This document shows, in pieces, positions 17,533 through 25,883 of a stretch of 27,411 nt of DNA. The stretch covers positions 1-27,411 of the forward strand of contig JBEKBM010000030.1 of NCBI GenBank assembly GCA_050015395.1. The letters run 5' to 3'. The position numbers and the translations under genes are program-made. The notes under the pieces were generated by a model. It made no database searches. It was not told where the DNA came from and saw only the letters and a program-made list of their open reading frames with translations. How positions within the stretch are numbered: position 1 is the stretch's first letter; each line of letters opens with the position of its first letter. The DNA comes from Candidatus Bathyarchaeia archaeon. Lineage in GTDB: Archaea > Thermoproteota > Bathyarchaeia > Bathyarchaeales > Bathycorpusculaceae.

Positions 17533-18531
17533 TCAAATCTTAACCCGCGTACCACGAGTCATCCTCCAAAGCAGAAGTCTTGCAAAAATGTTGATTACTA
17601 GCGCCACCAAAAACAGGATTAGTGCTATTTCAATTATGGCAGATTGATAAAGTCCTGAAGACTCCCCGAATTCATTTGCTATTAGCGAAGATAAAGTGTA
17701 GCCACCCGAAAATAAGTTTGCAGTAATTCTAGGAGTGTTGCCAATCACCATAGTGACCGCCATTGTTTCGCCGACAGCACGCCCCAAGCCAAGAATGAAC
17801 GCGCCAAATATACCTGACCGAGCATAGGGCAAGACACTTTTCTGCGTAACTTCCCATTCCGTAGCGCCAAGCGAGTACATTGCTTCCCGCTGACTATTTG
17901 GAACGGCGTTCAAAACGTTCCTAGAAACGGCAGACATTGTTGGAATTATCATTATCGCTAATATAATTCCAGCAGTAAAAAAATCCAATCCAAAAGGAGT
18001 TCCTGAGAATAATGGGATGAAACCAAGAGACTGATGTAAGGGCTTTTCCACATAATCACGTAAGAAGGGACTTAGGATTAACAGTCCCCATAGACCATAA
18101 ATAACACTGGGCACTGCCGCAAGGAGATCGACAACTGTTCCCAATAAATAACCAAAGCCTTGGTGGCTTTTCAGCCTCTCTGAGATAAAGATTGCTACTC
18201 CCAGACTGATCGGGAGTCCTATAAGAATAGCAATCGCAGACGTTAACAATGTTCCATAAATAAACGGCAAAGCACCAAAAATTTCATGTACTGGATCCCA
18301 GGTTCGCCCAATTAAAAAGGCTGGCCCAAATTCACCTATGGAGGCAGCTGAACCTGCATAAAGCTCGACTGCAAGTGCAACAAGAAGACCTATTATGAAT
18401 AGAGCTGCAGCGGCAACAATTACTTTTAGGATTACGTCTCCTCTTAGCACTTTGATATGCAATTTAGGCCTTGCCTCATTATTTTTCGGTGATAATAAAA
18501 AAATAGGGAAAAATATCCAATTAAAAGCCAT
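17533..18531 (-). CDS. pstC: phosphate ABC transporter permease PstC
   Basis: LAAVPSVIYGLWG, LGLGRAVGETMAVTMVIGN, IANEFGE; the true start may be further downstream. Confidence 0.95.
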   Translation of the reverse strand: MAFNWIFFPIFLLSPKNNEARPKLHIKVLRGDVILKVIVAAAALFIIGLLVALAVELYAGSAASIGEFGPAFLIGRTWDPVHEIFGALPFIYGTLLTSAIAILIGLPISLGVAIFISERLKSHQGFGYLLGTVVDLLAAVPSVIYGLWGLLILSPFLRDYVEKPLHQSLGFIPLFSGTPFGLDFFTAGIILAIMIIPTMSAVSRNVLNAVPNSQREAMYSLGATEWEVTQKSVLPYARSGIFGAFILGLGRAVGETMAVTMVIGNTPRITANLFSGGYTLSSLIANEFGESSGLYQSAIIEIALILFLVALVINIFARLLLWRMTRGTRVKI

Positions 18532-18536
18532 GCTCC

Positions 18537-19661
18537 CTACTTTATGGGCGTTCCATTGTATGTTATCTGGCCAATGGTTGTGTTGTCAATTGCGATTATA
18601 TTAGCTGGCAACGGAACATAGCCTAATCCACTTCCATCTGCCTGGCCTGTATTCACGATCCATGAAATGAAGTTAACGAGTGCGGCACCTTGAACATCAC
18701 TAGTCTGTTGTTGATATACCAGAAGGTAAGTGAGCGTCGTGATCGGATAGGCGTTTGTTGCTGCTGTATTGCTGTATATGCTGTCGACTATAGAGACCTT
18801 TGTCCATGCTGCGTTCCCTGCTGGAAGACCAGAAGAGGCCCCGGCTTGAAGCGCGGCTGCTATGTTTGTCACGTTGGCTAAGATGTAGTTGCCAGCGGCA
18901 TTTTGTACTGCTCCATATGAGATTTGATTTGGGTTCTGTATTTCATAGGCTATTTCAAGTGGACCAATTGAGCCAGATGTATCAACAATCCCGGCTGCTA
19001 CACCAGCATTTTTTGGTTCTCCTATGCCGACTGGCCAGTTAACAGATGTTCCTTTTCCAACCGTTGTGTTCCATACACTACTTGCTTGAGACAAGTAATC
19101 AGTGAAGGCATACATGGTTCCGCTTCCGTCAGACCTGTGAATTACGGTTATTGCTAGATTGGGCAAGGTTGTGCCTGGGTTTAGAGCTGCAATGGCTGGA
19201 TCGTTCCAATTAGTTATTTTCCCCAAGAAAATGTTGGCTAGAAGTGCGCCCGTGAAATTGAGGCCGTTACTTATTCCCGGTATGTTATATGCTGGTACGA
19301 CTCCGCTGGCGGACTCGGGTATTGTCAAGACTGTTGAACCAGCTGCCGTGTATTGTGCCGCGGTCATTGGCGCGTCTGAAGCGCCGAAGTCGACTAATTT
19401 TTTAGTAAGGTCAGTGATGCCTGTTCCACTTCCAACGGGGCTGTAGTCAACTTTTATGTTGGGTTGGGCCTGCGCATAGACAGGTGTCCAAATAGACATA
19501 AGCGGGAAGACAAGTGTAGATCCTGCTCCGGTTAATGTTGCTGCCGCTAGTGTTGAAGTAGACGTCTTTGCGGGAGTTGATAAGGATATGTAAGCGAAGA
19601 CTCCTCCTATGATAATGACGATTACAACAATTGCTGCTATAATTATATACATATTTTTCAT
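18537..19661 (-). CDS. pstS: phosphate ABC transporter substrate-binding protein with an N-terminal membrane anchor
   Basis: GAGST, GSGTG, DFGASDAP, HRSDGSGT, YPI motifs; ATG at 19661 or GTG at 19685. Confidence 0.96.
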   Translation of the reverse strand: MKNMYIIIAAIVVIVIIIGGVFAYISLSTPAKTSTSTLAAATLTGAGSTLVFPLMSIWTPVYAQAQPNIKVDYSPVGSGTGITDLTKKLVDFGASDAPMTAAQYTAAGSTVLTIPESASGVVPAYNIPGISNGLNFTGALLANIFLGKITNWNDPAIAALNPGTTLPNLAITVIHRSDGSGTMYAFTDYLSQASSVWNTTVGKGTSVNWPVGIGEPKNAGVAAGIVDTSGSIGPLEIAYEIQNPNQISYGAVQNAAGNYILANVTNIAAALQAGASSGLPAGNAAWTKVSIVDSIYSNTAATNAYPITTLTYLLVYQQQTSDVQGAALVNFISWIVNTGQADGSGLGYVPLPANIIAIDNTTIGQITYNGTPIK

Positions 19662-19715
19662 TCTTTTACCCTTCAAATAAACCACTATTTAGCGCTTCAT
19701 TATATGAGTGTGCTC

Positions 19716-19739
19716 TCCATAAACATTATAGACTATATA
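19716..19739. promoter_or_regulatory. candidate phosphate-regulon operator, copy 1 (pstS promoter)
   Basis: TCCATAAACATTATAGACTATATA; palindrome TATAG-A-CTATA; overlaps a TTTATATA TATA-like box on the minus strand. Confidence 0.55.
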
Positions 19740-20083
19740 TAAAATCAATGCACGTATGTATAATAGCGTAATATTATATAACGACAGAGACATCTGACCA
19801 TAAAATGCATAAAAAATGCTTTAGATGCGACAATTACAAATGCAACAGAAAACAAGGAACAAAGAAAATTCTAAGTTACAAGTGGATCTGCATTATTCTT
19901 TCACTGCCAAATTAATTGATAACGCGAAATCAGCTTAAAGGGTGGAGCCTGCACCAACTCCATTTAAGTTATTGATAGGTTGTGAATCGGTTTGTGATAG
20001 GTATGCGTGTGTTGCTACTGCATCTATTATTTTGGCTTGGAATTATTGCGATTATAGCTGTGCATTCAGGTTTCTCATAGTTT

Positions 20084-20331
20084 TGATTCATCGTGAATAT
20101 TTAGCTCTTGTTTTTTCTTCTTTAGTGCTTTTTTTCTACATTAAAAAACAGATTTTTCTATGTTGAAAAGCACCGTTCTGCATGCAAAGTGCGCGGTCTT
20201 AGTTCTATGCACATCTATGTTGAATCATATTTGAAGCATATTAGAAGCATCTAGTAGACCGGGTAGGTAGGCTGAGCACACACAAATACCCTTAAGACAA
20301 AAAACGAGAGCTAAATACACACGATTCATCA
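20084..20331. mobile_element. 248-bp element bounded by 33-bp imperfect inverted repeats (MITE-like or long RNA stem)
   Basis: The reverse complement of 20084-20116 matches 20299-20331 at 28/33 positions; no coding capacity recognised inside. Confidence 0.5.
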
Positions 20332-20381
20332 TTTTTTTATAACTAAAAAGCCGAGATTTTATATAGTAAATTTAGTAAATA

Positions 20382-20405
20382 TCCATAAAGTTTATAGTCT
20401 ATATA
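20382..20405. promoter_or_regulatory. candidate phosphate-regulon operator, copy 2 (regulator promoter)
   Basis: TCCATAAAGTTTATAGTCTATATA; 21/24 identical to copy 1. Confidence 0.55.
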
Positions 20406-20420
20406 GATATAACTAATATA

Positions 20421-21506
20421 TTGATGAACCATAAAAGAGCTAACTTGGAGTCAAACGTGACTAAAGAAGCAGAAAAACTAAACGAAGAGCAACGCAAGCT
20501 TCAGGTGACAGGCGGATCAACATTCATACTCTCATTACCTAAAGATTGGGCGATTCGAAATGAGCTTAAAAGAGGAAGCTCAATGGTGGTCCGCGAGGAA
20601 GACGATGGATCCCTATCTATAGCGCCTTCAAAATTTGTAAAGAAAGAGAAGCAAGATGAAGCCTACATCAAAGCATCGTTAAACGACAATCCTGACGCTG
20701 TCATGAGAACGGCAATTTCTGCCTATTTAGACGGCTTCAACATTCTGCACATTAGAGCGCAAGGACAAAAAGTGCTCTCCTCAAAACTTCGAAACCACCT
20801 CAAAACTTTTGCCAGACACTACTTGGTCGGAACAGAAATCGTAATTGACACCCCAACCGAATTGACCCTGCAGGTTTTACTTAATTATCCTGAACTCACA
20901 GTTCAAAATGCACTAAGCCGAATGTCAATAATCGCCTCCTCTATGCATAAAGAAGCTATAGCAGCGCTAAAGAAGCTGGATTATTCAGCTGCAAAATCGG
21001 TTATTGAAACCGACCGTGAAGTCAACCGCTTCGGCCTATACATAGTGCGGCTGCTGAAGCTGGCAGTTTCAAACCCAAGAATCGTTAAAGAAATCGGATT
21101 AAACAACCAAAAAGACTGTTTGGGGTATAGGCTTATAGCGAAAGCCGTTGAGAGAACCGCAGACCACGCAACCAAAATCGCTGAAAACACCCTTCTCCTG
21201 AAAGAGATAGTAAATGTGGAGCTTCTAGAAAAAATAAGTCAGTTAAGCGGTTTGGCTAATTCAATGTTTGAGACCTCTATGGACGCGTTATTTCGGCATG
21301 ACTTTAACTTGGCTGAGAGCGTAATTGAAAAGATAAGCCTAGTACATAAATTGGAGAAAGAAACAGTTCTTTACTCGCAAAATGTAAAGATTGAAGAAAT
21401 CGCTAACTTGAGGCTACTGATTGAGAGTGTTAGGAGAACAGCAGAATACGCCAGTGACATTTCCGAAGTTGTGCTAAACTTGAACGTTGAATCAGTTCTG
21501 AGCTAG
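20421..21506 (+). CDS. archaeal phosphate uptake regulator: AbrB-type N-terminal domain plus PhoU domains
   Basis: RKLQVTGGSTFILSLPKDW AbrB-like N-terminus; DREVNRF, VERTADHATKIAE and RRTAEYASDISE PhoU repeats. Confidence 0.9.
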   Translation: MMNHKRANLESNVTKEAEKLNEEQRKLQVTGGSTFILSLPKDWAIRNELKRGSSMVVREEDDGSLSIAPSKFVKKEKQDEAYIKASLNDNPDAVMRTAISAYLDGFNILHIRAQGQKVLSSKLRNHLKTFARHYLVGTEIVIDTPTELTLQVLLNYPELTVQNALSRMSIIASSMHKEAIAALKKLDYSAAKSVIETDREVNRFGLYIVRLLKLAVSNPRIVKEIGLNNQKDCLGYRLIAKAVERTADHATKIAENTLLLKEIVNVELLEKISQLSGLANSMFETSMDALFRHDFNLAESVIEKISLVHKLEKETVLYSQNVKIEEIANLRLLIESVRRTAEYASDISEVVLNLNVESVLS

Positions 21507-21844
21507 TTTGTTAATGACCTTTTTTCTTGACGCTCGGTTAAGAATGTTATCTCTTTGCGTTTATATGAATGAAAAATAACGGTTGGGGTTTGATTGTTTA
21601 TGTTGGAGATGTTGGAGATAATATTTGTCCATTAAAGGTTATTTATTGAATGGGGCTTCACCTATTTGGACAAAGTTTGATGGCGGAAAGCAAAGGCTAA
21701 TCTTTATGCCAAGTTTTGGCTGCCTAAGATTTTACATGTTTATTCGTTTTTTTCTCATATTTTTCGATTTTAAGAAAATAAAGTAATATATGCCTGCTCT
21801 GTCTCTCACCCATTTAGAGACATGCTAAGTTAAGCTATTCCGGT

Positions 21845-22018
21845 TCATTGAAAGGCTTCAAAGAAACAGATTACATCGAGGCTTTGATTTATGCTGTAAT
21901 TATCAATCAGGTGAGCTGTTCCGTCTGGGCAGTAGACTTTGTCGCCTTTTAAGGTTTTTTTGTATCGTACACTGCATTCCTTAAGCATGGAGCAGCCATC
22001 GCAATCTCTTGAGAGCAT
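21845..22018 (-). CDS. small Cys-rich protein, 57 aa
   Basis: From ATG at 22018 after a GAGGTGA SD: MLSRDCDGCSMLKECSVRYKKTLKGDKVYCPDGTAHLID... Confidence 0.65.
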   Translation of the reverse strand: MLSRDCDGCSMLKECSVRYKKTLKGDKVYCPDGTAHLIDNYSINQSLDVICFFEAFQ

Positions 22019-22183
22019 TCTTTTTTCACCTCTACACATTTTCAAAGTAGAAAATATGTTGAGGCTCCTATAGAGATTCTCTTCATAATCTATATAGAAA
22101 TAATACAGCAAGATTAATTCATCAAAAACTATAAGAAACGTTTAAGAAATAAGGAACCACTCTCAAGAGACAGAGACAGCCTG

Positions 22184-22840
22184 ATGAACGAAAACGGATT
22201 TAAAGTAAAAGGCATTTTCTTAGACTTAGACGGTACAATAGTTGACTCCAGAGAAGCCTACATAGAAGCAGCAAGAATAGCATTCGAAGCCTTCGGGCAA
22301 AAACCGCCAGGAGAGAAGGCTGCATTTGAGATTCCTAGAAGGCTCGAACAAGGTCTCACAATCAGCGACCTCGTAAAGGGCGACTCCAAAAAATTCCTAA
22401 GCATATACTTTGAAACTTACTACTCAATCAGCCGAGAAAAAACCAAACTTATACCTAACGTTTCAGCAACACTTGAAACCTTATCGGCAAAAACTAAACT
22501 CGCCCTAATAACCATGCGGTATATCCCAAAACAAGCCATAATAAAAGAGCTAGAGTGCTTTGGCATATCAAAATATTTTACTCATGTTGTAACCGCTCTG
22601 GATACTTCTAAGCCTAAGCCTTCGCCTGAAGCATTAATAGCATGTGTCCAAGCCCTAGATGTTGAAATCTGCGAATGCGTTATCGCAGGAGACTCAGTTA
22701 ACGACGTGCGGGCTGGGAAAGCCGCAGGCGCAAGAACTGTAGCAGTTTTATCTGGGCTTTTTCAATGCGAAGAGCTTTTCAAAGAATGCCCAGATTTGAT
22801 TTTAAACGATGTCAATGCACTTCCAAAGTTTATCAAATAA
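22184..22840 (+). CDS. HAD-superfamily hydrolase (phosphoglycolate phosphatase-like)
   Basis: DLDGTIVDS, KPKPSPE and GDSVNDVRAGKAAG motifs. Confidence 0.92.
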   Translation: MNENGFKVKGIFLDLDGTIVDSREAYIEAARIAFEAFGQKPPGEKAAFEIPRRLEQGLTISDLVKGDSKKFLSIYFETYYSISREKTKLIPNVSATLETLSAKTKLALITMRYIPKQAIIKELECFGISKYFTHVVTALDTSKPKPSPEALIACVQALDVEICECVIAGDSVNDVRAGKAAGARTVAVLSGLFQCEELFKECPDLILNDVNALPKFIK

Positions 22841-22974
22841 TTCTGTGCTATATATCAGAATTTGAAATATTGCTAGAACCCGACTAGCCAGTTATATTCC
22901 TCAATAAAAATAAAGTTTAATATAAACCTTAATCTTAAATCAATATTGGAGAGGGCTTCAGAGCGGGAATCAGA

Positions 22975-23589
22975 ATGAACTTTGTTGAATTGATGATAGG
23001 GGAGAAATTGAAAGAAGCGGATTCAGCCCTAGATATTATGGGGTCAGACCGCAAAGTTTTGCAGGTTGCTTGCCAAGACTTCACGAATTTCCTTAAATTC
23101 CATTGGAACCTGATGGGGAAAGAAGCAAGCCAATGCGAACTAGTTGAAAGATTGGAGAACATTTTCAAGGAAGATTCATCGGAGCTAGACGCGTTCTTAA
23201 CTGTTTGGATTGGCATCTGGTTCAAAAAATGGAAGGAACGAGTCAAGCTTCTCATAGGCGACCAGAACGCTAGCCGATGGAATAAAGTTTCAAAAACTCT
23301 CGCTAACGCTGAACCACTATGGAAGAGAATTGAGCATAAGCAAGAACTCCAAGAGATTATAGTCTCTACGTTGGTTAAAAACGGGGAAATATGCGGAACC
23401 GAAATCTTATCTGAAAATCTATTGAAGTTGGAGCTTGGAGAAAGCGGCGTTCAAAACCTAAGTGACAGAGAAAGAGTTTTCACTGTAGTTAATGAGGCGT
23501 TGAGGAAAGCTCGTGAGATGGCGCAAAGTAAAGGTCCGCTAATCTTTGTCAAGATAGACAAAGGCTACTATAGCTCAGGAACCGAGTAA
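22975..23589 (+). CDS. hypothetical protein, 204 aa, predicted helical
   Basis: Long ATG-started ORF with protein-like composition; no family recognised. Confidence 0.75.
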   Translation: MNFVELMIGEKLKEADSALDIMGSDRKVLQVACQDFTNFLKFHWNLMGKEASQCELVERLENIFKEDSSELDAFLTVWIGIWFKKWKERVKLLIGDQNASRWNKVSKTLANAEPLWKRIEHKQELQEIIVSTLVKNGEICGTEILSENLLKLELGESGVQNLSDRERVFTVVNEALRKAREMAQSKGPLIFVKIDKGYYSSGTE

Positions 23590-23660
23590 GCGTTCTGCTT
23601 ACTTTCTAGTTTTTTTTTAAAAAAAGCAGATTTATTAGCTATCCGCTTTACTGTTTTTTC

Positions 23661-24218
23661 ATGGCTCGTTTTGTTGTTTTCCTTCGGGCGATTAACGTGG
23701 GCGGCCACACTGTCACTAAGGCAAAGTTGCAAGAAGCCTTCATCTGCTTAGGATACCAAAACTTTTCGACACACAAACAAAGCGGCAACGTAATTCTCGA
23801 AATCGACGAGGCAAATCCAAAAGAAATTAAGAGAAAAGTAGAGAACAAGCTTCGCGAGCTGTTGGGTTACGATGTGTTAGCGTTTGTGCGCACAATCCCA
23901 CAGCTCAAAGCAATAGTTAATCTTGAACCCTTCAACGGCTATGATAAAGAAGGGGCAAGTTTTCTGGTAACGTTTCTTGCTGACGCGCCCTTGGAGTTTC
24001 CGCTCAAGTTGCCTCTAAACATTCCGAAATCTACGGCGCAAATAATTTCAGTGAAGGACGGCGAGGTTTTCAGTGTGACTCATGGTGGCGGTGAAGGAGG
24101 GCTACCTAACCCTTTTCTTGAGTCGAAGCTAAAACTGAAGGCGACCACCCGAAACATGAACACAATTGCTGAAATAGTGGAAAAGTTCCCTGAAAGAGAG
24201 GCGAAGGAAAAAAGCTAA
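23661..24218 (+). CDS. DUF1697 family protein
   Basis: VVFLRAINVGG, QSGNV and ATTRNMNT signatures. Confidence 0.9.
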   Translation: MARFVVFLRAINVGGHTVTKAKLQEAFICLGYQNFSTHKQSGNVILEIDEANPKEIKRKVENKLRELLGYDVLAFVRTIPQLKAIVNLEPFNGYDKEGASFLVTFLADAPLEFPLKLPLNIPKSTAQIISVKDGEVFSVTHGGGEGGLPNPFLESKLKLKATTRNMNTIAEIVEKFPEREAKEKS

Positions 24219-24298
24219 GAAAAAGTTTGGCAGAAACTGCTTGGCGATTCTTTCTTAGCAACGAATAAAATTAATAATAAAGTAATAGAACTTGAGGA

Positions 24299-24487
24299 TT
24301 AGACGACTCTTACTCTTTGGAGAGTCTTTCTCATCCAAGCGTAGTGTCGGATGGTCGTGGTTTCTCCGTAACCGCAAGCTGCACAACGTTTATGGCGTAC
24401 GTGATATGCGCGTCTTCCGCAGCGCCTGCATTTTATGTGAACGGTTTTGCCTTGGCGCTTGCCCATTGATGGTGTGCCTTTTCCCAC
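24299..24487 (-). CDS. rpl37e: 50S ribosomal protein L37e
   Basis: [35 protein letters not shown]; GTG at 24487 after AGGTGA. Confidence 0.96.
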   Translation of the reverse strand: MGKGTPSMGKRQGKTVHIKCRRCGRRAYHVRHKRCAACGYGETTTIRHYAWMRKTLQRVRVV

Positions 24488-24492
24488 GGCGG

Positions 24493-24720
24493 TCACCTGG
24501 GCGAGGGTGAAATAAGGACTACGTTGTCTCCGCGGACGATTATTAGTCCCAGTCTCTTTTGGTTGTCAATGTTTGTTGTGTCTTCTGTTTCTTCTAGAAC
24601 TAGGTTTAGGTGCTGGTCGAAACCCTTCAGTTTTCCCCTGAGGCTTTTTCCGCCTTTCAATCGTACAAGTACGACTTTGCTAAGGTTCTGTTCAAGGATT
24701 TCGGTTGTCATTTCGCTCAT
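24493..24720 (-). CDS. Sm-like archaeal protein (Lsm/SmAP1)
   Basis: [14 protein letters not shown] and IVRGDNVV Sm1/Sm2 motifs; the conserved position upstream of rpl37e. Confidence 0.95.
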   Translation of the reverse strand: MSEMTTEILEQNLSKVVLVRLKGGKSLRGKLKGFDQHLNLVLEETEDTTNIDNQKRLGLIIVRGDNVVLISPSPR

Positions 24721-25036
24721 TCTGGAATCCTCACGTATCTATATCTCTTCTATACTTGAACTCTCCACATTTAAACCTATCGAGCATGAGTTAGGATTCT
24801 TTTAGCTGGCTTAGGTTAAGTTATCTTTCTATGTGGGAGAGGTGTGTTTTAAGCTGGTGTTTTTAGTTCTGTAGTTGCAGTTACGCTTTTAGCATGGCAG
24901 CTTTTTTGTTGCTCTTTTTGTGGTTGATTTTTGCCACAAATAGTAGGGTAGGTCTATAGGTAGCGGTTTAGGGTCAGGGCTTGTTTTGGGTTGATTTTCT
25001 GGTTTAGGGTTTGAATTGGTTGCAGGTTGAGGCTAG

Positions 25037-25072
25037 AAAAGGTGCAAAAAGGTAAAAAAGGTGGAATAAGGT
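25037..25072 (+). repeat. four phased A(A/T)AAGGT repeats
   Basis: Copies at 25037, 25047, 25056 and 25066 (periods 10, 9, 10). Confidence 0.65.
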
Positions 25073-25199
25073 GCCAGCGGTGGATTCAGGTAAGTGGTTG
25101 GATAAAATCTTCAAAAGACTGCCACTTCATAAAAAGCGGCTCAGTGATGTAGCGCAAAGTTAAATTTAACGCCTGCAGTGACTTACAGAGAGAAACATT

Positions 25200-25721
25200 A
25201 TGCCTACAAAGCAGCGAAGATACCCCATAAAAGCGAAAGAGGCAAAACAAGTTCTAACCGAAGCCCAAGCAAAACTAAAACTTGACCTTGACGCGCTTTT
25301 CGGCGCTAAAGCAAACGTTGAAGTTGTTGAATCCGAAGTAGGCTTAATTTACCTTATAGGCGGAAAACCCCTACTCTTCAAGTCGGGCGACAAGGTTCTG
25401 CCCACGCTGCTTTTTAGCGAGTTCACGGCTAAAGCACCAAAAATAGTGGTTGACATGGGTGCCGTACCATATGTTTGCAAGGGCGCAGATGTTATGGCGC
25501 CAGGCATAGTGCGGATTGAAGGAGAATTTAGTAAAGGCGACCTCGTCCTTGTGGTGGATGTGAAGTTTGGCAAAGCGTTAGCGCTGGGCGAAAGCCTCAT
25601 GGACACAGAAACCGCCAAAGCCACCAAGAAAGGACCAATAGTTAAAACGCTGCATTATGTAAGCGACAAAATCTGGGACTACACCAAAATACTAACGAAT
25701 AACCCCGATTTGAAAGCATAA
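25200..25721 (+). CDS. PUA-domain RNA-binding protein (DUF1947+PUA, MCTS1/Tma20-like)
   Basis: PTL...VVDMGAVPYVCKGADVMAPGIV...LHYVSDKIW. Confidence 0.92.
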   Translation: MPTKQRRYPIKAKEAKQVLTEAQAKLKLDLDALFGAKANVEVVESEVGLIYLIGGKPLLFKSGDKVLPTLLFSEFTAKAPKIVVDMGAVPYVCKGADVMAPGIVRIEGEFSKGDLVLVVDVKFGKALALGESLMDTETAKATKKGPIVKTLHYVSDKIWDYTKILTNNPDLKA

Positions 25722-25883
25722 GCGGTTAAGATAGCTGGCGCAAAAAAATTACAGGAGTTTCTGGACTTGTTTTGCGGTTATTTCGTTTAACAGGGTTTGT
25801 TTCAGGCTTTGCTTATATGTCACGCATCAACACTGAAACTATTCAGTCAAAAACAACGCAACCTGTCACTATAGACTCAAGTT

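Noticed and set aside
15900-19446. Several plus-strand ORFs over the pst operon
   Set aside because: Antisense shadows of pstSCAB.
19942-20166. 74-aa plus-strand ORF
   Set aside because: Low-complexity T-rich translation that runs across the inverted-repeat arm; probably non-coding.
21600-21619. ATGTTGGAG tandem repeat, two copies
   Set aside because: A simple short duplication with no further structure.
21797-22176. 10-bp inverted repeat CTCTGTCTCT/AGAGACAGAG flanking the small Cys ORF
   Set aside because: Short and low complexity, no target duplication; the left copy is also explained by a local TGTCTCT/AGAGACA hairpin.
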